In this document: piece after piece, positions 18,826 to 31,901 of the stretch
How positions within the stretch are numbered: position 1 is the stretch's first letter
Layout: every line of letters begins with the position of its first letter
Source of the DNA: an uncultured Gammaproteobacteria bacterium
Lineage (GTDB): Bacteria; Patescibacteriota; Patescibacteriia; UBA9570; CAZNEH01
NCBI GenBank assembly: GCA_964572175.1
Contig: CAZNEH010000002.1
Span: forward strand, 1,406 to 65,405
DNA length: 64,000 nucleotides
Reading direction: 5' to 3'
Translations under genes and position numbers: made by a program
Notes under the pieces: model-generated
What the model was told of the DNA's origin: nothing
The model's database searches: none
The model's input: only the letters and a program-made list of their open reading frames with translations

Positions 18826-21800
18826 ATGGCATACAATCAAAACGAACAACCAACCCAAGAGTTCGAAGCTATTCGTTTAAAACTAGCTTCTCCAGATGAA
18901 ATTCATGAATGGTCTTTTGGCGAAATTACTCGTCCTGAAACCATTAATTATCGAACTCAAAAACCAGAAAAAGACGGTTTATTCTGTGAAAAGATTTTTG
19001 GTCCCTCAAAAGATTGGGAATGTTATTGTGGAAAGTATAAAAGAATCCGTTACAAAGGAATTGTTTGTGATAAGTGTGGCGTAGAAGTTACTCGCTCTAT
19101 TGTTCGTCGTGAACGCATGGGTCATATCGAGCTAGCCGTTCCTGTCTCTCATATTTGGTTCTTACGCGGCGTTCCTTCTAAAGTTGGCTTAATGCTAGAT
19201 ATGTCTGTTCAAACTTTAGAAAAAGTTGTTTACTTTGCTAATTTTGTAATCACTGAAGTAAATGATGAATTAAAAGAACAAACTTTGAAACAAATTGACG
19301 ACGAAGCTGGACAAAAGAAAAACATGATTAAGGGAGAATTCTCTAACCAAGTTTCTAACTTAAAGCAGAAAAAACAACAAGCTTTACAAGCAGCTAAAAA
19401 TGATAAAAGTAAAGTAAAGGCTGAGTCTGAAGCAGAGCAAGAAATGATTAACTTAGCAGTAATGCGTGATGAACGTATTAAAGACTTAGAAGAAGCTGTT
19501 GATTTAGCTAAAAAAGAACTTAAAGACTTAAAGCCTTTACAAGTGATCTCTGAAAGCAAGTACCAAGACTTAGCTATTAAATATGGCCATGTTTTTGAAG
19601 CTTCTATTGGAGCTGAAGCAATTAAAGAGTTGTTAACTGCTATTGACCTTGAGGCTAAAATTAAAGAATTAGAAGAAGATATTACCACTGCTAGTAAGAA
19701 TCAAAAGAGTCGTTTAATTCGTCGTTTAAAATTATTCAAAAACTTAAAGAAAAACGATATTAAACCAGATTCAATGATCTTAACTGTTCTTCCTGTTATT
19801 CCTCCAGATCTTCGTCCTATGGTTCAGCTTGATGGTGGTCGTTTTGCTGCTTCTGACTTAAATGATTTATATCGTCGAGTAATTAATCGTAATAATCGTT
19901 TAAAACGCCTTAAAGACTTAAATGCTCCAGAAGTAATTCAACGTAACGAAAAAAGAATGCTTCAAGAAGCTGTTGATGCTTTAATCGACAATTCTGCTCG
20001 CCATGGTAAAACAGTTACTGCTTCTACTGGTCAAAAAAGAATGCTTAAATCTTTGGCCGACATGCTTAAGGGTAAACAAGGTCGTTTCCGACAAAACTTA
20101 CTTGGTAAACGTGTAGATTATTCTGGCCGTTCTGTAATTGTGGTTGGTCCTCATTTAAAGCTTCATCAATGTGGTCTGCCAAAGAAAATGGCCTTAGAGT
20201 TATTCAAACCGTTTGTTATTTCCAAGTTAATTGAACGCGAATATGTTTACAATGTTCGCTCTGCTAATAGATTTATCGAAAGTGGACGTCCTGAAATTTG
20301 GGACATTTTAGAAGAAATTATTGCCAAAGCGCATGTTCTTCTAAATCGTGCTCCTACCCTTCATCGTCTTGGTATCCAAGCTTTCCAACCTATCTTAATT
20401 GAAGGTAAGGCGATTCAAGTTCATCCTCTAGTTTGTCCAGCTTTTAACGCTGACTTTGATGGTGACCAAATGGCCGTTCATGTTCCTTTAACTGAGGCGG
20501 CTAAAAAAGAGGCAGCTGAGCTAATGCTTTCTTCAAAGAACTTATTGAAACCCGCTACTGGTGAGCCTGTGGTAACTCCTTCTCAAGATATTGTTTTAGG
20601 ATCTTACTACATGACTCAATTTGAAGAAGATAATAAAAAAGATAAGGAATTACAAGCTTTCTCTTCCACAGAAGAAGCTTTAATGAGTTATCGATTAGAG
20701 AATATCAGTCTTCGTCAAAGAATTAAGATCAGAATTAAGAAGAAGTTAATCATTTCTTCAGTTGGTCGAATTATTTTCAACCAAATTGTTCCAGAAGATC
20801 AATGGTTTGTTAATGATTTAGTTGGTAAAAAAGAATTAAAGAAAATTATTGCCATTTGTTTCTCTACTCAGGGACAAGACAGAACAGTTCAGCTTTTAGA
20901 TGACGTTAAAGATCTTTGTATTAAATACGTTACTAAATCTGGTCTAAGCTGGGGTATGAGCGATACTAGTGTTCCTGAATATAAAAACAAAGCTATTAAT
21001 AAAGCCAGTGCTAAAGTTGAAGATATTCAAGGTCAATACGAAATGGGTCTTTTAACAGATGAGGAGCGTCGAGCTCGAGCCATTGAAATTTGGACTCAAG
21101 TTAAAAATGATATCACTGAACATATTGAAGAAGGCCTAGACAAGAAAAGCTCTACTTTTCAAATGATCGACTCTGGAGCTCGTGGTTCCTGGGGTCAGTT
21201 AACCCAGGTTATGGGAATGAAGGGGTTAGTGATTAACCCGGCTGGTGACACCATGGAACTTCCAGTTAAAACTTGTTTTAGAGAAGGTCTTGATGTACTA
21301 GAATACTTTATTTCTACTCATGGTACTCGTAAAGGTTTATCAGATACAGCGCTTCGTACAGCTAGTGCTGGTTACTTAACTCGTCGTTTAGTAGACGTTG
21401 CTCAAGATGTGGTTGTAGCTGAAGAAGATTGTGGAACCAAAGAAGGATTAGTCTTAACCAAAAAAGAAAGTGAAGAAATGGGAGAAAATCTGGCTGAGAG
21501 AGTTTGGGGTAGAACATTATCAGAAGACGTTGTTAACCCTAAGACTAAAAAAGTAGTTCTTAAAACTGGAGAAGTAGTTGATCAAGAAAAAATGGAAGCT
21601 TTAAAAAAGCTTGATCTTGATGAAATTTCTATTCGTTCAGTAATGACTTGTCATACTAATCGTGGAACTTGTCAAAAGTGCTATGGCTTTGATCTTGGTT
21701 ATAATGAAATGGTTAAGATAGGAACCGCGGCTGGTATTATTGCTGCTCAAAGTATTGGTGAGCCTGGTACTCAGCTTACTATGAGAACTTTCCATACTGG

Positions 21801-22689
21801 TGGTGTGGCTGGAAAAGATATTACCCAAGGTTTACCTAGAGTTGAAGAGTTATTTGAAGCTCGAGGTATTAAGCGCTCCGCTGTTTTATCTGATTTAGAA
21901 GGTAAGGTAGACGAAATAGTTGAAAATAATAAGCAAAAAACAGTTCGCTTACGTCATGTTGCTGACATGGAGACAACTTATAAGATTAATAGTAAGTTTG
22001 AAGTAAAAGTTAAAGATACTTCTGCGGTTAAGCAAGGCGACATCCTCTTTACTGATAAAGACGGACAAGATATGCCTGCTAACTGCGATGGGATTATTAC
22101 TTTAACCAAAAAAGAAGTTGTTCTTAAAGGACAAAAAGAGCAAATCGAGGAATATTTAATTCCAGTTGGTTTCTCTTTATGGGTTAAAGAGGGTGATGCC
22201 ATTAAAAAAGGTGATCAGCTTTGTGAAGGAAGTATTAATCTAGCTGAATTATATGAACACAAAGGTAAAGACGCTGTTCAAAAATATATTCTTAAAGAAA
22301 TTCAATACATCTACTCTTCTCAAGGTCAAAAACTTAACGATAAACACGTTGAGGTTATTATCCGCCAAATGTTTTCTCGTCATTTAATTACCGAGTCTGG
22401 AGATACAGAATTCTCTGATGGTGAGTTAATTACTTCTGATCAACTTAGAGAGGCTAATACCGGTGTTAAAACAAAGGCTGAGACTGATAATGTCCTCTTG
22501 GGAATTACTAAAGCATCTCTTTCTACTGATAGTTTCTTATCTGCCGCTTCTTTCCAAGAAACAGCTCGCGTCTTAATCGACGCTGCGGTTACTGGAAAGG
22601 TCGATAAGCTTAGAGGCTTAAAAGAAAACGTAATTATTGGTAAAATGATTCCAGTTGGTAAAGGCTTTGATCCTGAAGATCGAAAATAA
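18826..22689 (+). CDS. rpoC: DNA-directed RNA polymerase subunit beta' (with a lineage-specific Lys/Glu-rich insertion)
   Basis: Zn-binding CxC...CxxC region, the NADFDGD catalytic motif and trigger-loop regions. Start is the ATG at 18826, directly after the rpoB stop. Confidence 0.97.
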   Translation: MAYNQNEQPTQEFEAIRLKLASPDEIHEWSFGEITRPETINYRTQKPEKDGLFCEKIFGPSKDWECYCGKYKRIRYKGIVCDKCGVEVTRSIVRRERMGHIELAVPVSHIWFLRGVPSKVGLMLDMSVQTLEKVVYFANFVITEVNDELKEQTLKQIDDEAGQKKNMIKGEFSNQVSNLKQKKQQALQAAKNDKSKVKAESEAEQEMINLAVMRDERIKDLEEAVDLAKKELKDLKPLQVISESKYQDLAIKYGHVFEASIGAEAIKELLTAIDLEAKIKELEEDITTASKNQKSRLIRRLKLFKNLKKNDIKPDSMILTVLPVIPPDLRPMVQLDGGRFAASDLNDLYRRVINRNNRLKRLKDLNAPEVIQRNEKRMLQEAVDALIDNSARHGKTVTASTGQKRMLKSLADMLKGKQGRFRQNLLGKRVDYSGRSVIVVGPHLKLHQCGLPKKMALELFKPFVISKLIEREYVYNVRSANRFIESGRPEIWDILEEIIAKAHVLLNRAPTLHRLGIQAFQPILIEGKAIQVHPLVCPAFNADFDGDQMAVHVPLTEAAKKEAAELMLSSKNLLKPATGEPVVTPSQDIVLGSYYMTQFEEDNKKDKELQAFSSTEEALMSYRLENISLRQRIKIRIKKKLIISSVGRIIFNQIVPEDQWFVNDLVGKKELKKIIAICFSTQGQDRTVQLLDDVKDLCIKYVTKSGLSWGMSDTSVPEYKNKAINKASAKVEDIQGQYEMGLLTDEERRARAIEIWTQVKNDITEHIEEGLDKKSSTFQMIDSGARGSWGQLTQVMGMKGLVINPAGDTMELPVKTCFREGLDVLEYFISTHGTRKGLSDTALRTASAGYLTRRLVDVAQDVVVAEEDCGTKEGLVLTKKESEEMGENLAERVWGRTLSEDVVNPKTKKVVLKTGEVVDQEKMEALKKLDLDEISIRSVMTCHTNRGTCQKCYGFDLGYNEMVKIGTAAGIIAAQSIGEPGTQLTMRTFHTGGVAGKDITQGLPRVEELFEARGIKRSAVLSDLEGKVDEIVENNKQKTVRLRHVADMETTYKINSKFEVKVKDTSAVKQGDILFTDKDGQDMPANCDGIITLTKKEVVLKGQKEQIEEYLIPVGFSLWVKEGDAIKKGDQLCEGSINLAELYEHKGKDAVQKYILKEIQYIYSSQGQKLNDKHVEVIIRQMFSRHLITESGDTEFSDGELITSDQLREANTGVKTKAETDNVLLGITKASLSTDSFLSAASFQETARVLIDAAVTGKVDKLRGLKENVIIGKMIPVGKGFDPEDRK

Positions 22690-22694
22690 ATCAA

Positions 22695-22723
22695 GGGCGC
22701 GGTTATCAAACCGCGCCTTTTTT
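22695..22723 (+). terminator. rpoC intrinsic terminator
   Basis: GGGCGCGG-TTATCAAA-CCGCGCC stem followed by TTTTTT. Confidence 0.75.
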
Positions 22724-22731
22724 GATATAAT
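22723..22731 (+). promoter_or_regulatory. extended -10 promoter TGATATAAT for the amidohydrolase gene
   Basis: TGnTATAAT lies 7 nt before the ATG at 22738. Confidence 0.4.
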
Positions 22732-22737
22732 AATTCT

Positions 22738-24162
22738 ATGAAAAATATTATCCAAAATTTAACCTTAGAACAAGTTGATAAAATCAGCTATGGTCCTAAG
22801 CGTAAAAACCGCAGTCGGTATACAGAGTTAACCGACCAAGCCAAGACTATTTTAATTTACCAAGCTCCTTATGTCATTACTATGGACGAGCAAGATAAAT
22901 TAAAAATTTTACGCCATCATTCTATCTTTATAAAAAATAACAAGATAGAAAAGATAGTTAAGCTAAAAAATAAACCATCTAACGTCGATTTAATATACGA
23001 CGCTTCAGACAGGGGCGGAATAGTAGTTACCCCCGGCTTTGTTAATGCCCACGCCCATCCTCCTATGTATCTTCTTCGTTCCTCTACTATGTTAGAACGG
23101 GAAAGTGCTACTATCGAAGAATCTTTAGAGCGCGCTCAAGAGATAGAGCGAGCCATGAATACTGAAGACTTGTTTATTTCTGCTTTAGGTGACTTTACTG
23201 AGCAACAAAAAATGGGGACCACTACTATCTTAAGCCATTACCACACTCCCGCCGCTACTTCCAAGGCTGCCGAAACTTCTCATCTACGCTTAGTCGATGC
23301 TTTGAGTTGCGCTAGCTCTACAGATCCTAAGGCTAATCTTTCTCAAGCCATAAAACATTTAAAAAATAATAAAAATCCGCTAGTAAAAGTAGGGCTGACC
23401 ATGCATGGTGTTCATCGAGCTACCTGGCCGCTATTAAAGAGAGTAAAAGCAGCCATGGATAAACACCCGGAATTAATTCTAACTATCCATTGCGGAGAAA
23501 CTGAACAAGAAATAGAAAGCTGTAAACAAAAATTAGGCGTCCGCCCAGTTGAAGCTTTGCACCAGGCCGGGTTACTAAGTAAAAAATTAATTCTCTCTCA
23601 TGCCGTACACTTTACCGCTCAAGAAATTAAACTTCTAGGTAAGCATAGCGTTGGCTTAGTTCATTTGCCCACTTCTAACCGCATTCACAAGTCTGGAAAG
23701 TTTAAATATTATTTATATAACGCCTTTGACGCTGAAAAAAATATTGCCTTAGGCACTGATAGTGTTATTTCTAAGAACCGCTTAGATCTTTTAACTGAGG
23801 CTCTTCAAGCCAAGATCATGCACCAAGATTCAGAGTGCCCCCTTACTTACGCTCAGCTTTTTAAGATGATAACATCTCAAGGAGCTAAAGTTTTAGGGCT
23901 AAACAAAGTCGGCCGTATTTTACCAGGCTACCAAGCCGACATAGCTCTTTGGAAACTAAAAGACAGGGGATTTATTCCTTTTGATGAAAACAATCCTTCT
24001 ACTTTAATCGGAAATCTTATCACTCACGGTGGTAGAAACGTTAGAGATTTAATGATAAACGGTAAATTCGTAATCTCTAACCGGGTTCACAACTTAGTTA
24101 ATGAAAGTCAATTACTTATAGAACTAGAAAAAAGACATACAGAACTTAGAAAGAGAATTTAG
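22738..24162 (+). CDS. amidohydrolase family protein (MtaD / guanine-deaminase-like metal-dependent deaminase)
   Basis: GFVNAHAHPP HxH metal motif, HCGE, and Asp in LGTDS. Confidence 0.75.
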   Translation: MKNIIQNLTLEQVDKISYGPKRKNRSRYTELTDQAKTILIYQAPYVITMDEQDKLKILRHHSIFIKNNKIEKIVKLKNKPSNVDLIYDASDRGGIVVTPGFVNAHAHPPMYLLRSSTMLERESATIEESLERAQEIERAMNTEDLFISALGDFTEQQKMGTTTILSHYHTPAATSKAAETSHLRLVDALSCASSTDPKANLSQAIKHLKNNKNPLVKVGLTMHGVHRATWPLLKRVKAAMDKHPELILTIHCGETEQEIESCKQKLGVRPVEALHQAGLLSKKLILSHAVHFTAQEIKLLGKHSVGLVHLPTSNRIHKSGKFKYYLYNAFDAEKNIALGTDSVISKNRLDLLTEALQAKIMHQDSECPLTYAQLFKMITSQGAKVLGLNKVGRILPGYQADIALWKLKDRGFIPFDENNPSTLIGNLITHGGRNVRDLMINGKFVISNRVHNLVNESQLLIELEKRHTELRKRI

Positions 24163-24184
24163 CCTTGCCTAAACTTAAAATTTA

Positions 24185-24223
24185 TGCTATAATAAAGACA
24201 GAAATAAAAATTCTGTTTTTATT
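24185..24223 (+). promoter_or_regulatory. extended -10 promoter TGCTATAAT followed by a leader hairpin ACAGAA-N7-TTCTGT + TTTTATT
   Basis: Hairpin and U-tract sit between the -10 and the GTG start at 24224. Confidence 0.4.
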
Positions 24224-27200
24224 GTGAAACAAACAAAAAACAAAAAATTAGCCCATCTTCTTAGCATTATATCTATCGCTGTTATCAGTGTTTTTTTATT
24301 TAGTTCTAGCCCAGTTCAAGCCGCAGTAGTAACTTGGGAGGGAGATGAAAGCGCCTTATGGAGTGTTGGGGGTAATTGGAGTAATGGTAGTGGTGTAGGA
24401 GCCGGAGACATTGCTACTTTTGATGGTACTGGAAATACGGCTTGTACTATTGATGGCACAGCTAGTGTGGCTGGAATTGATATAAACTCAGGTTATACCA
24501 ATACTATTACTCAAGCTGCAGAATTAACGATTGGAAGTTCTCATTTCGACATTGCCTCCGGAACATTTACTGGTGCAACTCAAGATATTACTATAAGTGG
24601 GAACGTGGTTATTGCTGGGGGTATATTTAATAGTACCTCAGGAACAATTAGCTTTTCTGGAGACTGGACTCATACTGCTGGCGGAGAATGGAACGCGTTG
24701 ACAGGAACAGTAAAATTTACTGGTTACAGAGAAACTTTTAATTTTGATTATCCAACCATTGCCACCTCTGGGGTTTTTAATAATTTTACTTACGATAGTA
24801 CAAGTGACTCCGGTTCTTATGTGAGTTTATCAGGAGACACTTTATATATTAATGGTAATGCTCTTTTTTACGATGGCAGATGTTATAATGGTGCAGGCAT
24901 TCAAGTTCAAGGAGATGTTACTATAGGACCCTGGGATGGCTATGATACTACGGACGCTTCTTTAACTTTTTCTGGAACAGGAACTCAAACTTTTGATTTA
25001 ACTGGGTACACAGGTTCTTGGGATGCTCATACAATTATTGGAACTGGTTCAAATTCTCCAACAGTAAACTTAGCTTCAGATTTTATAATAAATAAAAGTA
25101 CCCAAGATTTAACCATTACTAATGGAAGTTTAAATATCGGAGCCTATGAATTAGAAGTGGTAGACGATACAAATATAGCCGGAGGAACCTTAAATGGTGA
25201 CACCGGGACCTTGGATTTGTATGATGTGATCATTACAGATGGAACCCTTAATGGAACGACCGGAGATTTTAATTTTTCCGGAGATTGGACTCATACTGCC
25301 GGCGGAATCTGGAATCACAATAATGGGTTAGTGACATTTGATGGTTATAGAGAGACTTTTAATTCCAATTATCCTACTATTTCTTCTTCTGGAGTTTTTT
25401 ATAATTTGACTATTAATAACTCAGGCGAAACTGGTGGTTATTTTTCTATCTCCACAGGAGATAGTATTTATGTTAATAATGACCTAAATTTTACTAATGG
25501 TAGATTTAATGTTGGTACATCAGTGGTTGTTCAGGGAGACGTTACAGTTGCCTCTACTTGGGATGGTTTTAACAATACAGATGCCGAATTAATTTTTGCT
25601 GGCTCTGATCCTCAAACTTTTGATCTTACTGGCGGTACCGGAACAATAAATTCAAACATTACTATTGGTACAGGATCTTCAACTCCAACTGTTAATTTAG
25701 TCTCAGACTTAATCATGAATTATGGCTCACAAGACTTAACCGTTCTTGCTGGCACTCTAAATGCATCAACTTACGAAATTGAAGTCATCGATGACTTAAC
25801 AGTCTCTGGTGGAGTTCTTAATGCTGCCTCTGCTAATTTAGACTTAGAAGATTTAATTATTACAGATGGAACTTTTAATGCACCCACTGGAACCATGTAT
25901 ATTTCTGGTAACTGGACCCACACTGCTGGTGGAGTGTTTAATAATAATAGTGGGACCGTTATGTGGGACGGTGCTGGTGCTCACACTTGGAATTTTGACA
26001 AAGCTTCATATGCTACTTCTGGTGTATTTAATAATGTTACATTTGATTGTAATGGCACGGGAACCGTATGTGGCGGAGGTTCTAATTATGTGAGCGTGTC
26101 AGCAGGAGACACTATATATCTAGATGGGGATTTAGAAATTCCTGATGGAAGAATACTTGGCTCAACATCAACTATTGAGGTTTCAGGAGATGTTACTATT
26201 GGAGCGAATTGTTATAGTTATGACACTAATGATGCTGATTTAGTTTTTGCAGGTTCATCACCACAAACATTTGATCTGACTGGTGCTGAGGCTTTATTTA
26301 ATTCTGATATATCAATAGGTACTGCAACTTCGACTCCTACAGTTAATTTGGTCTCTAATTTAACCATGGATCTTTGGGATCAAGATTTAGATATTATCGA
26401 AGGAACTTTAAATTTGAACGGATACGATATTGATTTAGATAATCAATCTGCTAATCATATTACCGTTGAAGATGGCGGAGTCTTTGCTTGGAAGGGAACA
26501 GAGACTCTAGCTCTTAATTCTGGAGACCCAATTTTAAATTCAGGAAGTACTGTCCAATATAACCCAACCACTGGAACAGTTAGTACTCAAGATTGGGGCT
26601 ATCATCATTTAGCAGTAGCCTCTACCGGAGGAGCAATTGTTCAACTTGGAACCACTGAAGCACTAGCCGGAGATTTAAGTATTGACTCTGGAACATTTTC
26701 TCTTAATGGCCAGTCCTTATCAGTGACTGGTACATTTAGTAACGATGGAGCCTTACGTTTAATTGGAACAGAAAGTCCATCCTTAACCAATGATACCGAC
26801 AGTGGAGCAATAGAATATATTGGAGACAATGATTCTGGAATAGATAGCTACACCTTAGGTTTTAGCTCTTATTATGGTCTAATTATTAATAGTAGCGATG
26901 GAGCTGATGATACTTTTCAACTAGCCAGTGACACAGATATTGATGGAAGCCTAACTAACACTGCTGGCACCTTGGATGTGACCACCAATAATTATCAAAT
27001 CAATGTCGCTGGTAATTGGGCTAATGGCGGAGGAACATTTAATCCTCGTTCCGGAGCTGTTGTTTTAGACGGTACCAGCCAAGCTATTTCTGGAACTAAT
27101 ACTTTTTATAAATTAACTAAACAAGTTGGCTCTGCAGATACTCTTACTTTACCAGCTAGTACCACTACTACTGTTTCCAATCTTTTAACTTTACAAGGAA

Positions 27201-30163
27201 ATTCTACAGATCAACGCTTATCTTTAGCTAGTTCTACTCCAGACACTCAATTTAATATTGATCCCCAAGGAGTTAGAATATTACACTATTTAAATGTTCA
27301 AGACAGTAACAACGCCAATGCCACTGAGGCAGATTGTAACAAAGGATGTTTAAGCTCAGATAATAATACCAACTGGAGCTTTTACGATATTTCTACTTAC
27401 ACCACTTCTTCTCAGGCTTGGCATTTTACAAGCTCTAGTGATTATACTTATAACTCTTCTTATATAGACATTGCCCTGGATGCTGGGGCTACTTATTCTC
27501 GTTTAAAGGATTTAGGCGGAGCAACTTATCAAGCTGCTAGCCTACCAGGGCTTAGTCATCGCAAACCAATTACTATTACTAATTCCGGATCGTCTTTAAC
27601 TGATCATCAAATTGAACTTTCAATAACTTACGATTTAGACATGCAGGCTGATTTTGATGATCTAAGATTTACCACTTCAGACGGACAAACAGAAATAGAC
27701 TATTGGATTCAAGATTATACCGCTTCTACATCAGCTACTATCTGGGTTGAAGTTCCAACTATCGCCGCCACCCCAACTGATACTACTATTTACATGCATT
27801 ATGGAAACGCAAGTACTTCCACAACTTCAAATATTGATAATACTTTTCTATTTGGAGACGATTTCGATGATGCCTCAGTAGATACAAATAAATGGACCAC
27901 TACCGGAATCTTAGAAGAAACCGGCGGGTCATTATTAATGAATGCTACCGAAGGTGTTTGGGCTACTAATTATATTGTTGAAGACGACTCTATTACTACT
28001 TTTCAAGCTTATATTGATGTTACTGGGACAAAGTCTAATCTAGGATATGTGGAAGAATCTCATCAATTCGAGGATGATTTAGATTCTGGTGAAAAAGGAT
28101 TTGACTTTGGATTCTGGACTTCCACAAGTTTATATTTTGAAAGAGGGGGAAGTACCTATGAAGAGAGCTCAGTAACTTATGGGACTGGCTGGAATGAATA
28201 TACTGCCACTTACCAAGAAGGAACTTCAATTAAATTTGAATACCCTAGTAGTTCTTTTACTGAAGACACCGCTACCTCTGTGGTCGCAGTTTCAGATGCT
28301 CCTCATTTACAAATTTATTCTTTTGATCGAGTTGATTTTAGAGCAGACTATGTATTTGTTAGAAAATATACCTCTAATACTGTGGGCGCATCTTTGGGTT
28401 CAGAAGAAGAAGTTAGTTACGATAATGTACAAATTATTCCTGTTTCAGTTCCAGCCTACGCCAATATAATTTCTTTTACAGAAACTCTAGGAGCCGCTAA
28501 TGCTGGTAGCGTGGCCTATCAACTATCTAAGAATGGAACTAATTGGTACTATCATAATGATTCCTCTTGGACTGCGGTGTCTGTTGATTCTGTGCACAAT
28601 AATACAGCTACAGAAGTAGATAATTTAATCACAAACTTCACCACAGATGTAGGTACAGGAGATTTATATTTTAAAGCTTTCTTAATCTCAAGTGGATCAC
28701 AAAAAGTTGAACTAGATGCCATAACGTTAACTTATAACGCTGTTCCTCAGGAGCCAACTAGTCTATCTCCTTCAACCACTGACATAGCTTTATCAGGTAC
28801 AGCTTCGGCTACTATTAGCGACATGATGGGATCTCACCAGTCCACTTCTTGGAAAATGCAAACTGGTTCAGATTGTTCTGTAGACTCAGGTGTAGCCTTT
28901 TCCTCCTTGGTAGATTCTACTAACAAAACATCTATTACTTATTCAGGTTTAGACTTTAGCACTTCTTATTACTTATGTGTTGCCAATCATAACGAAGGCG
29001 GCCAAGGAGATTGGCAGTCACAGTCATTTACTACTGTAGCTAATCAAGCTCCAACTGCTAGCGCTGGTACAGATATTACTATCTCAGAAGATGATGAATC
29101 TACGGCCCTAGATGGAACTAGCTCTTCAGACCCAGAAAGCCAGGCCTTAACTTATACTTGGTTAGAAACAGTTGACGCCTCAGATGGATGTTCTTTATCT
29201 AGTCCTAGTAGCTCTACTCCAACTGTTACTGTTTTAAATAAAGACACCAGTTTTAATTGTACCTTTTCTTTAGAAGTAGAAGACACTCAAGGTGCTACTT
29301 CTACGGATACAGTTAATCTTTATATCACTGCCGACAACGACGCTCCAGCTTTTGGATCAATTGCCTCTACTCAAAATATAGATGAAGAATCAGTTTTACT
29401 TATTTCCTTTACCTCTTCAGATCCAGATACTTCCTCTTTGACTCTTTCAGCCTCTAATCTTCCAACAGGTTCCACTTTTACAGACAACCTAAATAACACA
29501 GGAACATTTAATTGGTCTCCAGATGGAACGCAGTCTGGAATTTATACTGTTACCTTCCAATTAACTGATGGTGAAAATACTACCACTCAAACCGTAACCA
29601 TCACAGTTAATGATACTGTTCAAGAAGAGGGGGAGGGTGACGAAGAAGAGGAGGAAGAACCAGTTAACACTATCGAAGACATTGGTCTAGTCTCAGGTAC
29701 AGACTCAGGCCCAGGCATTGTCACTCTTTATGGTAATGACAACGAAGAACTATGTTCAGTCCAAGCTTGGAATGAAGGTGGAGCAGTTCCATTTAGAGTC
29801 CGCTTCTTAGACACTAACTATATTGCTGTAGTAAAAAATAAAACAGGTACCACTATCCATCTTTACGATCTAAATTGTAATATTATTGAGAAAAAAAGAT
29901 TATCCCCTAAACTACATCCTCGTAACATTGTCACTAGAAACTTCTTAGGTAAAACTACTTCTCAAGAAATAGGTTTAACCTCACGAAGAGGAAGCACAGT
30001 ATATGGTAAGATCTTCAGATATAATCCAAACAAAGACAAGTGGTACTTACTAAGACAAAAAACATTTAGACCAGTTCCAACTGGATACAACCTAAAGAAA
30101 ACTAAAAAGGGAAATATTCTTCTTAAGAAAAACAACAAAACTCTCCACAAGTGGGAAATCTAG
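24224..30163 (+). CDS. giant secreted surface protein (1979 aa): beta-helix-like tandem repeats, DUF2341/LamG-like region, cadherin-like (ADNDAP) domains, shared C-terminal module
   Basis: Signal peptide. Three tandem repeats of about 230 aa ([10 protein letters not shown]...GYRETFN). C-terminal 170 aa nearly identical to the other two giant proteins. Confidence 0.8.
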   Translation: MKQTKNKKLAHLLSIISIAVISVFLFSSSPVQAAVVTWEGDESALWSVGGNWSNGSGVGAGDIATFDGTGNTACTIDGTASVAGIDINSGYTNTITQAAELTIGSSHFDIASGTFTGATQDITISGNVVIAGGIFNSTSGTISFSGDWTHTAGGEWNALTGTVKFTGYRETFNFDYPTIATSGVFNNFTYDSTSDSGSYVSLSGDTLYINGNALFYDGRCYNGAGIQVQGDVTIGPWDGYDTTDASLTFSGTGTQTFDLTGYTGSWDAHTIIGTGSNSPTVNLASDFIINKSTQDLTITNGSLNIGAYELEVVDDTNIAGGTLNGDTGTLDLYDVIITDGTLNGTTGDFNFSGDWTHTAGGIWNHNNGLVTFDGYRETFNSNYPTISSSGVFYNLTINNSGETGGYFSISTGDSIYVNNDLNFTNGRFNVGTSVVVQGDVTVASTWDGFNNTDAELIFAGSDPQTFDLTGGTGTINSNITIGTGSSTPTVNLVSDLIMNYGSQDLTVLAGTLNASTYEIEVIDDLTVSGGVLNAASANLDLEDLIITDGTFNAPTGTMYISGNWTHTAGGVFNNNSGTVMWDGAGAHTWNFDKASYATSGVFNNVTFDCNGTGTVCGGGSNYVSVSAGDTIYLDGDLEIPDGRILGSTSTIEVSGDVTIGANCYSYDTNDADLVFAGSSPQTFDLTGAEALFNSDISIGTATSTPTVNLVSNLTMDLWDQDLDIIEGTLNLNGYDIDLDNQSANHITVEDGGVFAWKGTETLALNSGDPILNSGSTVQYNPTTGTVSTQDWGYHHLAVASTGGAIVQLGTTEALAGDLSIDSGTFSLNGQSLSVTGTFSNDGALRLIGTESPSLTNDTDSGAIEYIGDNDSGIDSYTLGFSSYYGLIINSSDGADDTFQLASDTDIDGSLTNTAGTLDVTTNNYQINVAGNWANGGGTFNPRSGAVVLDGTSQAISGTNTFYKLTKQVGSADTLTLPASTTTTVSNLLTLQGNSTDQRLSLASSTPDTQFNIDPQGVRILHYLNVQDSNNANATEADCNKGCLSSDNNTNWSFYDISTYTTSSQAWHFTSSSDYTYNSSYIDIALDAGATYSRLKDLGGATYQAASLPGLSHRKPITITNSGSSLTDHQIELSITYDLDMQADFDDLRFTTSDGQTEIDYWIQDYTASTSATIWVEVPTIAATPTDTTIYMHYGNASTSTTSNIDNTFLFGDDFDDASVDTNKWTTTGILEETGGSLLMNATEGVWATNYIVEDDSITTFQAYIDVTGTKSNLGYVEESHQFEDDLDSGEKGFDFGFWTSTSLYFERGGSTYEESSVTYGTGWNEYTATYQEGTSIKFEYPSSSFTEDTATSVVAVSDAPHLQIYSFDRVDFRADYVFVRKYTSNTVGASLGSEEEVSYDNVQIIPVSVPAYANIISFTETLGAANAGSVAYQLSKNGTNWYYHNDSSWTAVSVDSVHNNTATEVDNLITNFTTDVGTGDLYFKAFLISSGSQKVELDAITLTYNAVPQEPTSLSPSTTDIALSGTASATISDMMGSHQSTSWKMQTGSDCSVDSGVAFSSLVDSTNKTSITYSGLDFSTSYYLCVANHNEGGQGDWQSQSFTTVANQAPTASAGTDITISEDDESTALDGTSSSDPESQALTYTWLETVDASDGCSLSSPSSSTPTVTVLNKDTSFNCTFSLEVEDTQGATSTDTVNLYITADNDAPAFGSIASTQNIDEESVLLISFTSSDPDTSSLTLSASNLPTGSTFTDNLNNTGTFNWSPDGTQSGIYTVTFQLTDGENTTTQTVTITVNDTVQEEGEGDEEEEEEPVNTIEDIGLVSGTDSGPGIVTLYGNDNEELCSVQAWNEGGAVPFRVRFLDTNYIAVVKNKTGTTIHLYDLNCNIIEKKRLSPKLHPRNIVTRNFLGKTTSQEIGLTSRRGSTVYGKIFRYNPNKDKWYLLRQKTFRPVPTGYNLKKTKKGNILLKKNNKTLHKWEI

Positions 30164-30166
30164 TAG
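29650..30166 (+). repeat. large DNA repeat (copy b) encoding the C-terminal module
   Basis: About 90-97% identical to copies a and c. Confidence 0.85.
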
Positions 30167-31227
30167 TTCGGGGCAGCCTGAATATCTACTAAATCATGCG
30201 GATGGCTTTCACGAAGCCCAGCATTTGTTATGCGAACAAACTCTGATTTTTTCCAGAGCTCGCTAATATTTTTTGCACCACAATATCCCATTCCAGATCG
30301 AAGCCCACCTACTAACTGATACACCACTTCATCCACTGATCCCTTATAAGGGACCTTGCCAACAATGCCCTCAGGAACAAGTTTTTTATCTTCTTTAATA
30401 CTTCCTTGTAAATATCGATCTTTACTACCAGCTTTCATGGCCTCTAAAGACCCCATTCCTCGATAAACTTTAAATTTTTTCTTTTTCTTATCAAGTACTA
30501 CTTCACCCGGTGCTTCCCATGTTCCAGCTAAGATTCCACCCATCATTACTAGGCTGGCTCCGGCGGCCAAAGCTTTGACAATATCACCAGAGTGCTTAAT
30601 CCCTCCATCAGCAATGATCGGAGTTTTTGTTTTCAGAGCCGCCTTAGCACATTCTTCAATCGCCGTAATCTGAGGCACGCCCACCCCAGCAATCACCCTA
30701 GTTGTACAAATAGATCCAGGTCCGATCCCTACCTTCACTGCGTCGGCTCCAGCCTTGATTAAATCTCTAGTGGCCGCAGCCGTGGCTACGTTGCCAGCAA
30801 TAACTGGAATACCTTTAAATTCTTTTTTAATCATTTTAACTGTGCTCATTACTCCTTCTGAATGTCCATGGGCTGAATCCACTACTAAAATATCTACCCT
30901 GGCCTTAACTAATTCCTCTACTCTCTTTAAGGTGTCAGTTCCTACTCCAACCGCGGCTCCGACTAAAGCTTTCTGTTGTTTAGCTTTTTTTACTTCCTTA
31001 GCTTGGTCTTTAATAGATAAATTTTTATGAATAATTCCCAGTCCGCCTTCTCTATCCATGGCAATGGCCATCTTGCCTTCAGTAACCGTGTCCATGGGCG
31101 CAGAAATCATTGGTATCTCTAACTCGATTTTTTTTGTTAATTTAAATCTAGTGTTTACTTGCCGCGGCAACACATTAGATTTTTGCGGAACCAATAAAAC
31201 GTCATCAAATGTTAAAGCTTCTTTCAT
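30160..31227 (-). CDS. guaB: IMP dehydrogenase family protein lacking CBS domains (IMPDH/GMP reductase fold)
   Basis: [11 protein letters not shown] catalytic Cys loop. Adjacent to guaA. 355 aa with no CBS pair. Confidence 0.8.
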   Translation of the reverse strand: MKEALTFDDVLLVPQKSNVLPRQVNTRFKLTKKIELEIPMISAPMDTVTEGKMAIAMDREGGLGIIHKNLSIKDQAKEVKKAKQQKALVGAAVGVGTDTLKRVEELVKARVDILVVDSAHGHSEGVMSTVKMIKKEFKGIPVIAGNVATAAATRDLIKAGADAVKVGIGPGSICTTRVIAGVGVPQITAIEECAKAALKTKTPIIADGGIKHSGDIVKALAAGASLVMMGGILAGTWEAPGEVVLDKKKKKFKVYRGMGSLEAMKAGSKDRYLQGSIKEDKKLVPEGIVGKVPYKGSVDEVVYQLVGGLRSGMGYCGAKNISELWKKSEFVRITNAGLRESHPHDLVDIQAAPNY

Positions 31228-31283
31228 ATATTTGGTAAATAGTTAATGGTTTATGGTTTGTAGTTTATCACATTAAAATAAAT

Positions 31284-31317
31284 AAAAAAAGAGGGAACTC
31301 GGGTAAGTGATTCCCTC
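31284..31317 (-). terminator. intrinsic terminator of the island C gene (minus strand)
   Basis: Minus strand reads AGAGGGAA-loop-TTCCCTC then TTTTTTT. The loop is the 14-nt inverted-repeat sequence. Confidence 0.6.
31297..31310. repeat. left arm of a perfect 14-bp inverted repeat (ACTCGGGTAAGTGA) flanking island C
   Basis: Exact reverse complement of 31858-31871. Confidence 0.8.
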
Positions 31318-31838
31318 TAGGTGTTGATGAGGTGGTCCAGAAAGGCTTCGAATGCCGCCGGGTCTCGGTCCGCGTAGAGCGTCTGCTCTCCGTGGACAAA
31401 GGACAGGTGCGGAATTTCCAGTAGCTTCTGGGCCAGGTTCTCGCGGGTCAGGACTTGGGCTTCTCCCCAGACCCCTTCCGCCAGGTAGTTCTCGTGGGTG
31501 ACATTCGGAGCCGCTGCTTGAACTTCCATCCCTCCGAGGTCTTGCTTCAGGCGGGCCAGTTCAGCGTTGTACTCCATCTCGAAGGCCACGCCAGGGTTGC
31601 GTCCTTGCAGAAGGACTTGGTCTCCGTTGAACGTCACCTTGTACTTGGGTACGACCATCAGAGCGCACTGCAGACCCATGCCCTTGGCCAGGTCTTGGCA
31701 GTCCTTAGGGTCTCGTCGGCACTCGGAAGAGCACCGGTTGTTGCAGCCAGGGTCAGGATCCTTGAACACGCCAGTCATCTCGTTTCCGATCCGACCGGCT
31801 TGGTTGAGGAAGTAGACCGTGCAGATAAAAAGTTGCAT
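31317..31838 (-). CDS. hypothetical protein, Cys-rich N-terminus (CNNRCSSECRRDPKDC); GC-rich island C
   Basis: About 60% GC. GGGGGA SD before the ATG. No recognisable family. Confidence 0.5.
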   Translation of the reverse strand: MQLFICTVYFLNQAGRIGNEMTGVFKDPDPGCNNRCSSECRRDPKDCQDLAKGMGLQCALMVVPKYKVTFNGDQVLLQGRNPGVAFEMEYNAELARLKQDLGGMEVQAAAPNVTHENYLAEGVWGEAQVLTRENLAQKLLEIPHLSFVHGEQTLYADRDPAAFEAFLDHLINT

Positions 31839-31857
31839 GTTTCCCCCTTCGGGGGAG

Positions 31858-31871
31858 TCACTTACCCGAGT
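31858..31871. repeat. right arm of the 14-bp inverted repeat (TCACTTACCCGAGT) flanking island C
   Basis: Lies immediately 5' of the island C gene, beside the TCCCCCTTCGGGGGAG hairpin. Confidence 0.8.
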
Positions 31872-31901
31872 CTTAAGAAAGGTTAGTTTATTTTTGCTAA
31901 T

